Below, in pieces: positions 1 through 7,540 of a stretch of 11,360 nt of DNA. The translations under genes were made by a program, and so were the position numbers. This DNA comes from Vulcanimicrobiaceae bacterium (GTDB lineage: Bacteria; Vulcanimicrobiota; Vulcanimicrobiia; Vulcanimicrobiales; Vulcanimicrobiaceae): NCBI GenBank assembly GCA_046262595.1, contig JBHEMM010000054.1:553-11912 (forward strand), given 5' to 3'. The first letter of the stretch is position 1. Every line of letters starts with the position of its first letter. The notes beneath the pieces were generated by a model. It saw only the letters and a list, made by a program, of their open reading frames with translations. It made no database searches and had not been told where the DNA came from.

Positions 1-181
1 TTTGCGCCTTAAACCAAATGCGGTCGTGATCGACGATGGTCACGAGCGCGATCGGCACGTCGAAAATTTCGGCGGCGAGCTTCGCGATCCGGTCGAACGA
101 CCCGTCGGGAGGCGTATCGAGAATATCGTACCGGCGCACGGCGTCCAGGCGCGACTGTTCTTGGTCCAGGGCTATGGTCAT
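1..181 (-). CDS. GAF domain-containing sensor protein, 5' part only (runs off the left edge)
   Basis: Not in the ORF track. Reverse translation from ATG at 181 gives MTIALDQEQSRLDAVRRYDILDTPPDGSFDRIAKLAAEIFDVPIALVTIVDHDRIWFKAQ, a typical N-terminal GAF motif. An SD-like AAGGAG lies upstream (198-193), and the start overlaps the stop of 178..1653 as ATGA. Confidence 0.9.
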   Translation of the reverse strand, partial: MTIALDQEQSRLDAVRRYDILDTPPDGSFDRIAKLAAEIFDVPIALVTIVDHDRIWFKAQ

Positions 182-1653
182 ACGACGCAGGTCTCCTTAC
201 GGTGAGTGAGCACGATCCGGGCGTGGCTGCCGCCGCCGGGCCGTCGTGCGACGTTGAAATCGTCTGCGAGTTGCGAGATGAGGAACAATCCGCGACCGCT
301 CTCGCTGAAGAGATCGTTCGGCAGGCGCGTTGTGAACTGAAAGCCCGGGCCTTTGTCGAGCACGTGCAGGACGCCGTCCTCGCCGCGGCGCTCCAGAAAG
401 AGCTCGATCGTCCCAGGGGCGTAACGAACCAGGTTCGCCATCAGTTCCGAGTAAATCAGTTCGATATCGAATGTATCGCGCGCGCAGGCCGTCTGGCCGA
501 TCTCCTCAGCGAGCTCGAGGCGCACGCGGCGTGCGACGTCCGCCCAACGCGGATCGAAGCGCCAGCGGCGTGTGCGCGGCGGCGATTTGACGTGCATCGT
601 CAGAATCGCGACGTCGTCGCGCGCTTGGCCGCCGAGCACGCCGTCGTGAATGCGCTGCGCGAGCGCTCGCTCGCCGATATCCAGCGCTTCGATCACTGCA
701 CGCAGGTATGTCTCTCCTTGAATGATGTCGCGCGAAGCTTCGGTTAAGCCGTCCGTGTAGAGAACGACCAGCGAGCCTTCGGGCAGATGCACATACTGCG
801 CCGACACATGGGCATTAAAATCCGGAACTCCGAGCGGCAAACTTGAACCGTGCAGCTGGCGCACCCATCCTTCGGGCGAACGTAAAAACGGCGGGGGATG
901 CCCGGCATTCACGTAAGCGCATTGCTGCGTGATCGGGTCGAAGACGGCAACGAACGCCGTTACGTAGCGATCGGGGTATTGCGTGCGCATCGTGCGATCG
1001 GCGGCCTGCGCCATCAACACGGGATCGGCGTGCACATGTGCGACGCCGCGCAATGTCTGGCGCACGCTGACCATGGCGACCGCGGCGTTTAATCCGGACC
1101 CGACCACATCGCCGACCGAAACGATCAGCCGCCCATCCGGAAGCGCGAACGCATCATACCAATCGCCGCCGACCAGCGCTTCGGCGCCGCCCGCCTGATA
1201 GAGCGCATCGAACTGCACCGCCGGCGTTTCGGGCAGAGCAGTGATTATTGCAGCATTTTGAAACGTGAGCGACACGCGCTGCTCTTTGGCAAAGAGCCCG
1301 GCGTTGTGCAGCGCGAGCGCGAACCGGTGAGCGATCGTCTGGAGGAACGCTTCGTCGTGAGCGTACTCTTCGCGTAGACCGCACAACCGCAGCAGGCCGA
1401 TGTCGTGCTTGCGCACGACGAGCGCGAGGTCGCTTGCGTTGCTGCCGCACGGTCCGCGCATCGCGATGCGGTGCGGCAAGCCGTGTTCGTTGTTCAACCA
1501 GAGCTGCGCGCCGTCGGCCATGCGCGGGACGAAGAAATCGAGAGCGATTTCCGAGCGCGCACCTACCTCCATAGAAGTAAGGAGCGCAACACCAAAATCG
1601 TCGAGTAAGAAGAGCTGGTCCTTCGTCATCGGAGAATGCGCCGTCGGGTGCAC
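178..1653 (-). CDS. SpoIIE/PP2C (RsbU-like) phosphatase with short GAF-like N-terminus and C-terminal RsbW-like HATPase
   Basis: PP2C motifs GGDWYD, GDVVGSG, NAGHPPP, YTDGL and DDVA; HATPase motifs ELMANLVRYA, DKGPG and SGRGLFLI. Start is GTG 1653 or ATG 1629. Confidence 0.92.
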   Translation of the reverse strand: MHPTAHSPMTKDQLFLLDDFGVALLTSMEVGARSEIALDFFVPRMADGAQLWLNNEHGLPHRIAMRGPCGSNASDLALVVRKHDIGLLRLCGLREEYAHDEAFLQTIAHRFALALHNAGLFAKEQRVSLTFQNAAIITALPETPAVQFDALYQAGGAEALVGGDWYDAFALPDGRLIVSVGDVVGSGLNAAVAMVSVRQTLRGVAHVHADPVLMAQAADRTMRTQYPDRYVTAFVAVFDPITQQCAYVNAGHPPPFLRSPEGWVRQLHGSSLPLGVPDFNAHVSAQYVHLPEGSLVVLYTDGLTEASRDIIQGETYLRAVIEALDIGERALAQRIHDGVLGGQARDDVAILTMHVKSPPRTRRWRFDPRWADVARRVRLELAEEIGQTACARDTFDIELIYSELMANLVRYAPGTIELFLERRGEDGVLHVLDKGPGFQFTTRLPNDLFSESGRGLFLISQLADDFNVARRPGGGSHARIVLTHRKETCVV

Positions 1654-1696
1654 AATGCTCTACTATGCCCGGTTTAACGAATACTAAGCCGAGATA

Positions 1697-1727
1697 CAAG
1701 AACGCCCGGGAGTTACGATCCCGGGCG
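1697..1727 (-). terminator. Probable intrinsic terminator upstream of the SpoIIE gene
   Basis: Perfect 9-bp stem CGCCCGGGA (1703-1711)/TCCCGGGCG (1719-1727) with a 7-nt loop. On the minus strand it is followed by UUCUUGU, a weak U tract. Confidence 0.55.
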
Positions 1728-1907
1728 CCTTGCTGCTGCACTGGAGGAGACGGTTTAGACATGCGGCCGATCGCGCAACCGGCCACGCACGGGCCGCGAG
1801 GTGTGCCCGGCACAACAAAGGAGAGAGCGCGTCGCTCCAAAGATGCCGGGCAACCTGCAAATGCATGGCACGCCAGTCTTGTGACGCGTGAGGCGCCATT
1901 TCCTTGA
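1697..1907 (-). ncRNA. Candidate structured leader RNA or sRNA, family not recognised
   Basis: Long irregular hairpin at 1772-1888, with several G-U pairs that form only on the minus strand. A TATGAT -10-like hexamer lies upstream (1919-1914) and a terminator downstream. Confidence 0.3.
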
Positions 1908-2096
1908 CGGCCGATCATAAAGTAGGCGGCGTCGCCTCGTCGCTGCGGCCACCGGGCGGGGGCGCGTCGGGCGGTGCGACAGCTGGCAGGTAGCCATCCG
2001 TTTGCTCGGTTAGTCGTGGTTGACCGGCTTCATTCGGGCTGCCTTGGTGCGTGCGGTCTCGCCACTCAGAACACGACATCTTTGAACCGGGATAAG

Positions 2097-2480
2097 AGGA
2101 TAATCATCGGTTTATGGTTCCGCTCCAACGACGTCATAGAGTCGGCGTGCGGCCCAGGACGGAGGGACATCGAGCCGGTGGGGCGTTTTAACGACGAGCT
2201 CGTTCAGGCAGGCGTCATGCTTGCGGCGGATCGCGTGTCCGACTCCTCGAAAGCCGGCGGCAGCGGTTCACAGCAAGAGTACGCCTAGCGCGATTTGCGC
2301 GGCGCCGGCGAACAGCGACCAGTGCCGATGGCGCTCATCATCCTTGCAGCGTTTCTCGACAAAAGCTTCGCGTTTCACATGACGATGGCGCCGGGCGGGT
2401 TGCCGCCGTTCGTCGTGCTCGCCCTCGACGTTGTGGCGCTCAAGTATCGTTCCAACGTCGCGCAGCTCGCGTGCCATAAA
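2097..2480 (+). pseudogene. Degenerate DoxX-like membrane protein gene with an internally inverted segment
   Basis: One plus frame reads RIIIGLWF..GRFNDELVQ.., then VPMALIILAAFLDKSFAFHMTMAPGGLPPFVVLALDVVALKYRS. The intervening helix WSLFAGAAQIALGVLLL reads on the minus strand at 2321-2271, and there is an in-frame TAG at 2286-2288. The DoxX assignment rests on recalled family pattern. Confidence 0.55.
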
Positions 2481-2617
2481 AAGACTGTTCGATCGGGCGC
2501 ATCCGCGGGGATTCCGCGCCGCGATGCGGCAGTATCCCTCAATACCGCGACACGCTCGCGTTCGAAATTGCAAGCCGAACCCTCTGAGGAGGTGAACATG
2601 CCGGCGGAATTCCATTG

Positions 2618-3178
2618 ATGCATCTGCTGCTTGCCGCCGTGCTGCAGTATGGCGTGCTCATCTCGGCGGGGCACGAAGGCCGTCCGCAGAGCTGCGCCCA
2701 CTTCCATCATAAATGCAATTTGGGTGCCGCGGGCGAGGTGGAGTGGAATACGATCGTTGCCGATGCGGCGACGCGCGAGTTACGCGCGCACGGCGTCTCG
2801 GTGGCGCGCGAGCCGGCCGACTTCGCGGGCACGTACGACGTTGACGAAGCGGTGTTCATCCACTTCGATGGTGCAGATCCGCCGTGCACCAGCAAGGCGT
2901 CCACCGGCTACCACACCGAGGACTCGCAGCCCCTTGCGCGCTCCTGGCGGCAAGCTTACGCGGCGCTCTTCCCGTTCGGCTTCATGCCCGACAACTTTAC
3001 GGATAATCTGCGCGACTACTATGGCTTCCGTCAAGTGCGCGCACGCGACGGCGCGATCGTGATCGAACTTGGAGAGATAACGTGTCCGCAGCAGCACGCG
3101 TGGCTTGCTCCGCGCCTGCAGTTGCTCGGAATAACCATAGCGAACGTGCTGTTGCAGTGGAGACAACGAGTCCCGTAG
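2618..3178 (+). CDS. N-acetylmuramoyl-L-alanine amidase-like protein (Amidase_3 fold)
   Basis: Zn/catalytic pattern ISAGH..GEVEWN..VFIHFD..IVIELG, plus a short hydrophobic N-terminus. Start is ATG 2618 or TTG 2615. Confidence 0.8.
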   Translation: MHLLLAAVLQYGVLISAGHEGRPQSCAHFHHKCNLGAAGEVEWNTIVADAATRELRAHGVSVAREPADFAGTYDVDEAVFIHFDGADPPCTSKASTGYHTEDSQPLARSWRQAYAALFPFGFMPDNFTDNLRDYYGFRQVRARDGAIVIELGEITCPQQHAWLAPRLQLLGITIANVLLQWRQRVP

Positions 3179-3189
3179 ACCCGGTTGTT

Positions 3190-3691
3190 TCGGCTTACGC
3201 TCGCCGATTGGAGTATCGTTTGCGCGAAGCGAGCACCGGCGAATACCGTTGGTTTAAAGCGCGCGCGACGGCGGTGCACGATGAGGCGGGCAACATCACG
3301 CAGTGGATCGGTTCGGCGACGGATGTTGATGAACACCGCCGCGCGGTGGCGAGATCGTCCGAGATTGCCGCCGCATATCAAGACGCTTCGCTGCCCGATG
3401 TGCCGGCGAACATCAACGGCATCCGTCTCTCGGCCGTGTACCGGGCTTCCGCGCGAAACTTGACGGCGTGCGGCGATTGGTACGATGCGTTCACGCTCGG
3501 GGACGGTTCGACGGCGATCTGCATCCGCGATGTGATGGGTCATGGCCAACATCATCGAAGGCGTGGATTGCGTGCGCCAGCATGTCGGAAAATCGGCATT
3601 CGATGAGCCGAATCCCGAGCTTTCAATTCTGGAGTCGTGTCATCTGCCTTCCGGGCAGGATGATGTTGCAATTCTTGCGCTAACTCTGTAG
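3190..3691 (+). pseudogene. PAS/PAC-SpoIIE phosphatase remnant: 5' truncated, internally deleted, frameshifted
   Basis: One frame gives a PAC motif (EYRLREASTGEYRWFKARATAVHDEAGNITQWIGSATDVDE) and the SpoIIE start (CGDWYDAF..IRDVMGHG). A second frame, 3545-3691, gives the SpoIIE end (NIIEGVDCVR..QDDVAILALTL*). The NAGH and YTDG core is missing. Confidence 0.85.
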
Positions 3692-3694
3692 CCC

Positions 3695-6600
3695 ATGTAT
3701 AAGCCTTTGATCGCCGGCGCGCTGCTCGTGTTTTGCTGCGCGGCAACGCCCGCGCCCGATCCGCTCGCGCAACTGACTTTCCGCAACGTCGGACCGCAGG
3801 TTTCGGGCGGAAGGCTGGGCGCGGTGGCGGGCAGCGATCTTGATCCGTCGCTGTACTACGCAGGCGCCGCAGGCGGCGGCGTTTGGCGCACGACGAACGC
3901 CGGCGGCACCTGGTCGCCGGTCTTCGATCAGCAAGACGTTCAGTCGATCGGCGCCATCGCCATCGATCCGGTGAATCCGCAAACGGTCTGGGTCGGCACG
4001 GGCGAGGGCGCGCCGCGCAACGACGTCATTCAGGGCGACGGCGTCTACCGCACGGACGACGCCGGCAAAACCTGGCATCATGCTCTCTCGCTGCACAACG
4101 CGCTGGTAGCGAAGATCGTCATCGATCCCAAAGATCCGATGAACGTGCTCGTCGGCGTGCTGGGCGATCCGTTCGCCGCTTCGGTGGATCGCGGAATATA
4201 CCGCAGCAGCGACGGCGGACGCACGTGGAAGAAGACGTTGTACATCTCGCCGCGCACGGGCGTTTCGGACATGAGCGCCGCGGATGGCGAACCCGGCGTC
4301 GTCTACGCGGGCATGTGGGAGTACCGGCGCACCGGCTGGAGCTCGGAAAGCGGCGGCACGGGCGGCGGCTTGTATAAATCCGCGGACTTCGGCGCAACGT
4401 GGCAGCGCTTGAGCGGCGGCGGTTTGCCCACCGGCGCCACGGGACGCATCGGCGTGGCGGTTGCGCCCTCAAACGCGAAACGCATCTTCGCGTTGATCGA
4501 ATCCAAGCAAGGTTTGTTGTGGCGCAGCGATGACGGCGGAGTGAGCTGGAAGATGATCTCGGCCAGCACGCTGATGGACGAGCGCCCGTTCTATTACACG
4601 CACGTCTTCGTCGACCCCACCGACCAAAACCACGTGTGGACGCTTTCCGTGCACGTTGCCGTGAGCAAAGACGGCGGAGCGACGTGGAAGGTCGGCGCGC
4701 GGGGCGTACACGGCGACAACCACGCCATGTGGATTTCGCGCGACGCGAAGCGGATCATCGAGGCGAATGACGGCGGTCCGTCGTTCTCGTTCGACAACGG
4801 CAACAGCTGGACGATGCCGCATAATTTGCCCATAGCGCAGCTCTACCATATCGGATACGATCGCCAGACGCCCTATCATATTTGCGCGCCGCTGCAAGAC
4901 AACGGGGTGTGGTGCGCCCCGAACAACCCGCTGGGCGAACGCGGCATCACCGCTTCGGATTGGCGCAGCATGGGCGGCGGCGATGGCACATTCGTCATGC
5001 CCGACCCCGCCGACCCGCAGGTCGTGTGGTTCACCAGCGGCGGCGGCAACGCGCAGGGCGAGCTCTCGCACATCGACTTGCGCACGAACGTGACGCAAGT
5101 GGTGCAGCCGTATCTGCGCGATCAAAACGTCGTGCCGCCGAAGGATTTGGCATACCGCTTCAATTGGGAAACGCCGTTCGCTTTCGATCCGTTCGATCCG
5201 CATCGCGTGTGGGTGGCCGGAAACGTGGTTTTCGCCAGCACCGATCGCGGCATGCATTGGAAAGCCGTGAGCGGCGATCTGACGCGCAACAACCGCGCGC
5301 ATGAAACGATGACCGGCGGCATCACGCTCGATGTTACCGGTGCGGAAACCTCCGAGACGATCCTCGCGCTTGCGCCCTCGCGCGCCGCACGGGGAGAGAT
5401 ATGGGCCGGCACGGACGACGGCCTGGTGCAACTGACGACGGACGCCGGCGCCCATTGGAAAACGGTGCTGACCAAAGGTTACGGACGCATGGCGAGCATC
5501 TCGCCTTCAACGCGCGATCCGCGTACCGCCTATGTGGTGTACGACGCGCACATGATCGGGGACCGCACGCCGCACGTCTACGTCACCCAGGATCTGGGCG
5601 CAAGCTGGCGGGACATCTCGGGCGGCTTACCGCTCGAGCCGCAGGCGCACGCGGTGCTGGTCGACCCGCGCAACCCGCAGCTCGTTTACGTCGGCACGGA
5701 CGCCGGCCTTTGGGCTTCATTTAACGGCGGCGCCAACTGGCGCAAGCTCAGCCTGAACATGCCGGCCGTCGCCGTGCGCGACATTGCGGTGCATCCGGAC
5801 ACCGACGATCTGCTGCTGGCAACGCACGGCCGCTCGGTGTTCGTCTTCGACGACTTGACGCCGCTGCAGCAGTGGCAAACCGCTTCAGGGCCGCGTCTTT
5901 TTCCGGTGCGTGCGGTTTACCAATGGAACACGCATAGTTTCTACGCCACGCGCACCGACGGCGCCGGCCCGCCGTACGGCGCCATTATCACGTTTTACTT
6001 GGATCGCGCAGACAAAAACGCTCGCGGCGAGGTGTTGGATGCTCGCGGACATGCCGTCCGTCACTTCACTGCAAAGGAGCTGACAGGACAGGCGGGATTC
6101 AACCGCTTCACGTGGGATACGTCCGAAGACAAGCCTGTGGACTGGAGGTTTACGCCGCAATGGAATCAGGGCATCGGCAGCGGCCCGGCGGTTCTTCCCG
6201 GCACGTACAGCGTGGTGGTGCACGCAAGCGCGCAGACGCTGCGCACGAACGTCGTCGTTCGGCAAGATCCCCGCACGCATTATACGGCCTCGCAGCTGCG
6301 CACCGGGCATGACGAGCAGCGCCAACTTACCGGGGATTTCGGGCGCGTGAACGTCGCCCTCAACATGCTCTCGACCGTCACGAGTGAAGCGCCGCTTCGG
6401 GCCGCGGCGCTCGTCGCGAGTGGGCAAACGAAGCTCGCGCAAGCGGCGACGCGCGCAGGCGCGCAAGCAAAGCGTCTGCTTCTAACAATCACTGAAAACC
6501 CCGTGAACGATCAGGACAACGATTTCCTAAGGGACATTCTGCGCGAGCGTCTGCAGTCGGCGCTCGGATATACGCCGCTGGCCGGGCCGCTTCCCGAATC

Positions 6601-6775
6601 GCAACGCCTTCAAAACGCCGCGCTGCACGCGCTGACGAACGATCGTATGAACGCAGTCAAACGCTTCGAAACCGCTACGCTGCGCGCGCTCGATGCACAG
6701 CTTGCCGCGCAAAAACTCGCGTCGCTGGAAAAGCTCACAGCAATGCCGCAGATATACAACCCGGACGGCCCTTAA
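3695..6775 (+). CDS. Secreted BNR/Asp-box repeat (VPS10/sortilin-like) beta-propeller protein, putative glycosyl hydrolase
   Basis: 1026-aa ORF with a signal peptide, many S/TxDxGxTW Asp-boxes (TDDAGKTW, SSDGGRTW, SADFGATW, SDDGGVSW), FRNVGPQVSGGR and LATHGRS, and a helical C-terminal tail. Confidence 0.92.
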   Translation: MYKPLIAGALLVFCCAATPAPDPLAQLTFRNVGPQVSGGRLGAVAGSDLDPSLYYAGAAGGGVWRTTNAGGTWSPVFDQQDVQSIGAIAIDPVNPQTVWVGTGEGAPRNDVIQGDGVYRTDDAGKTWHHALSLHNALVAKIVIDPKDPMNVLVGVLGDPFAASVDRGIYRSSDGGRTWKKTLYISPRTGVSDMSAADGEPGVVYAGMWEYRRTGWSSESGGTGGGLYKSADFGATWQRLSGGGLPTGATGRIGVAVAPSNAKRIFALIESKQGLLWRSDDGGVSWKMISASTLMDERPFYYTHVFVDPTDQNHVWTLSVHVAVSKDGGATWKVGARGVHGDNHAMWISRDAKRIIEANDGGPSFSFDNGNSWTMPHNLPIAQLYHIGYDRQTPYHICAPLQDNGVWCAPNNPLGERGITASDWRSMGGGDGTFVMPDPADPQVVWFTSGGGNAQGELSHIDLRTNVTQVVQPYLRDQNVVPPKDLAYRFNWETPFAFDPFDPHRVWVAGNVVFASTDRGMHWKAVSGDLTRNNRAHETMTGGITLDVTGAETSETILALAPSRAARGEIWAGTDDGLVQLTTDAGAHWKTVLTKGYGRMASISPSTRDPRTAYVVYDAHMIGDRTPHVYVTQDLGASWRDISGGLPLEPQAHAVLVDPRNPQLVYVGTDAGLWASFNGGANWRKLSLNMPAVAVRDIAVHPDTDDLLLATHGRSVFVFDDLTPLQQWQTASGPRLFPVRAVYQWNTHSFYATRTDGAGPPYGAIITFYLDRADKNARGEVLDARGHAVRHFTAKELTGQAGFNRFTWDTSEDKPVDWRFTPQWNQGIGSGPAVLPGTYSVVVHASAQTLRTNVVVRQDPRTHYTASQLRTGHDEQRQLTGDFGRVNVALNMLSTVTSEAPLRAAALVASGQTKLAQAATRAGAQAKRLLLTITENPVNDQDNDFLRDILRERLQSALGYTPLAGPLPESQRLQNAALHALTNDRMNAVKRFETATLRALDAQLAAQKLASLEKLTAMPQIYNPDGP

Positions 6776-6801
6776 CGCGCTTAAGCGGCGTTAAGGGCCG
6801 T
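6765..6801. terminator. 14-bp perfect inverted repeat spanning two convergent stop codons, probable bidirectional terminator
   Basis: ACGGCCCTTAACGC (6765-6778) pairs with GCGTTAAGGGCCGT (6788-6801) around a 9-nt spacer. There is no long U tract. Confidence 0.6.
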
Positions 6802-7086
6802 TTCAATCAATCCCAGCCGTTCGAGACGCTGCCGCACGCCGTTATGCGTGCGCCCGAACAGCAGCGCCAGATCGGCGATGGTGTTGCCTGCGGTAAACAG
6901 ACGGCGCAGCTCTTCATCGTGTGCGCCGCTCCAGGCCTTACCGGCGTTCGGGTACGTCTCGCGCAGCTTCGCGTACGGGCCGGGACGGCGCTCCAGTGCG
7001 GCGCCGAATGCGTCGATCAGGTCCTCGAGCCGGCCGCAAAGCGCTTCCATCTTTGACGCCGTTTCATCTTGTTTCATTCGTTTCAC
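6781..7086 (-). CDS. Small hypothetical protein with a C-terminal HTH/Myb-like domain
   Basis: YPNAGKAWSGAHDEELRRLF..IADLALLFGRTHNGVRQRLERLG fits a W(S/T)xxxDxxL...RTxxxxxxRL pattern. Start is GTG 7086 or ATG 7077. Confidence 0.8.
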   Translation of the reverse strand: MKRMKQDETASKMEALCGRLEDLIDAFGAALERRPGPYAKLRETYPNAGKAWSGAHDEELRRLFTAGNTIADLALLFGRTHNGVRQRLERLGLIETALNAA

Positions 7087-7207
7087 ACCCTTTGAAAGCG
7101 AGAAGTGATAGAATCACGATAGGCACTCCGGGCGCCAGCTGGGTGGCGTTCTGCGCGGCGGCAAGCAAGGGTCGGGAGCCGGACGTGCCGATACTCGTAC
7201 TGCAGGC

Positions 7208-7540
7208 ATGGTTGAGATTTTTTATCGCTACCGCGTTCATCCAAGCCAAATCCGCGCGTTCGAACACGCGTACGGCGCCGATGGGCCGTGGGCTCGGCTT
7301 TTTATGCGCCATTCCGGCTATAAACGGACGAGGCTGTTCCGACACAAAAGCGATCCGGGCATCTACGTGAGCGTGGATGTGTGGGAATCCAAAGCCGGAT
7401 GGGACGAGTTTCGCAAGCTCCACGCCCAGGATTACCGCCGCTTAGATAAGCAGCTCGCCATGCTCAGGTTGGAAGAACATCTGCTCGGGTTCTATGACGG
7501 CTCTGAAGAGTATCGCGCACCGCTGGACACCCTGGCATGA
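7208..7540 (+). CDS. Antibiotic biosynthesis monooxygenase (ABM) / dimeric alpha-beta barrel family protein
   Basis: 110 aa with YRYRV..AFEHAYG..GPWARLF..GYKRTRLFR..YVSVDVWES. Its stop overlaps the next start as ATGA. Confidence 0.8.
   Translation: MVEIFYRYRVHPSQIRAFEHAYGADGPWARLFMRHSGYKRTRLFRHKSDPGIYVSVDVWESKAGWDEFRKLHAQDYRRLDKQLAMLRLEEHLLGFYDGSEEYRAPLDTLA

Noticed and set aside
2..205. Plus-strand 67-aa ORF
   Set aside because: It is the antisense shadow of the minus-strand GAF gene.
1154..1997. ORFs 1154..1918(-), 1665..1907(+), 1684..1899(-), 1755..1997(-) and the ATG 1761 sub-ORF
   Set aside because: Arg/Pro/Ala-rich with no motifs, mutually overlapping, and several cross the terminator or the real SpoIIE gene.
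1697..2290. 6S RNA, tmRNA, RNase P, SRP RNA or c-di-GMP-I riboswitch
   Set aside because: Lacks GAGGAAAGUCC (RNase P), a proper T-arm and CCA end (tmRNA), the SRP GGAA/AGCAG arrangement, and the GCAAA motifs paired with GUCUAA (c-di-GMP-I). The hairpin lacks the two-sided central bubble and long closing stem of 6S.
2462..2476. Sigma-54-like TGGCAC-N5-CTGC on the minus strand
   Set aside because: GG-N10-GC spacing is correct, but it lies inside the DoxX remnant, no enhancer-binding protein gene is present and no intact gene follows closely.
2268..2615. Minus-strand 115-aa ORF as a real gene
   Set aside because: Mostly His/Glu/Arg-rich antisense of the plus-strand membrane-protein remnant. 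Only the last 17 codons look coding and are explained by the inversion.
3082..3606. 174-aa ORF as an intact gene
   Set aside because: Its N-terminus overlaps the amidase out of frame and its tail is out of frame. Only the middle is a PAC/SpoIIE remnant.
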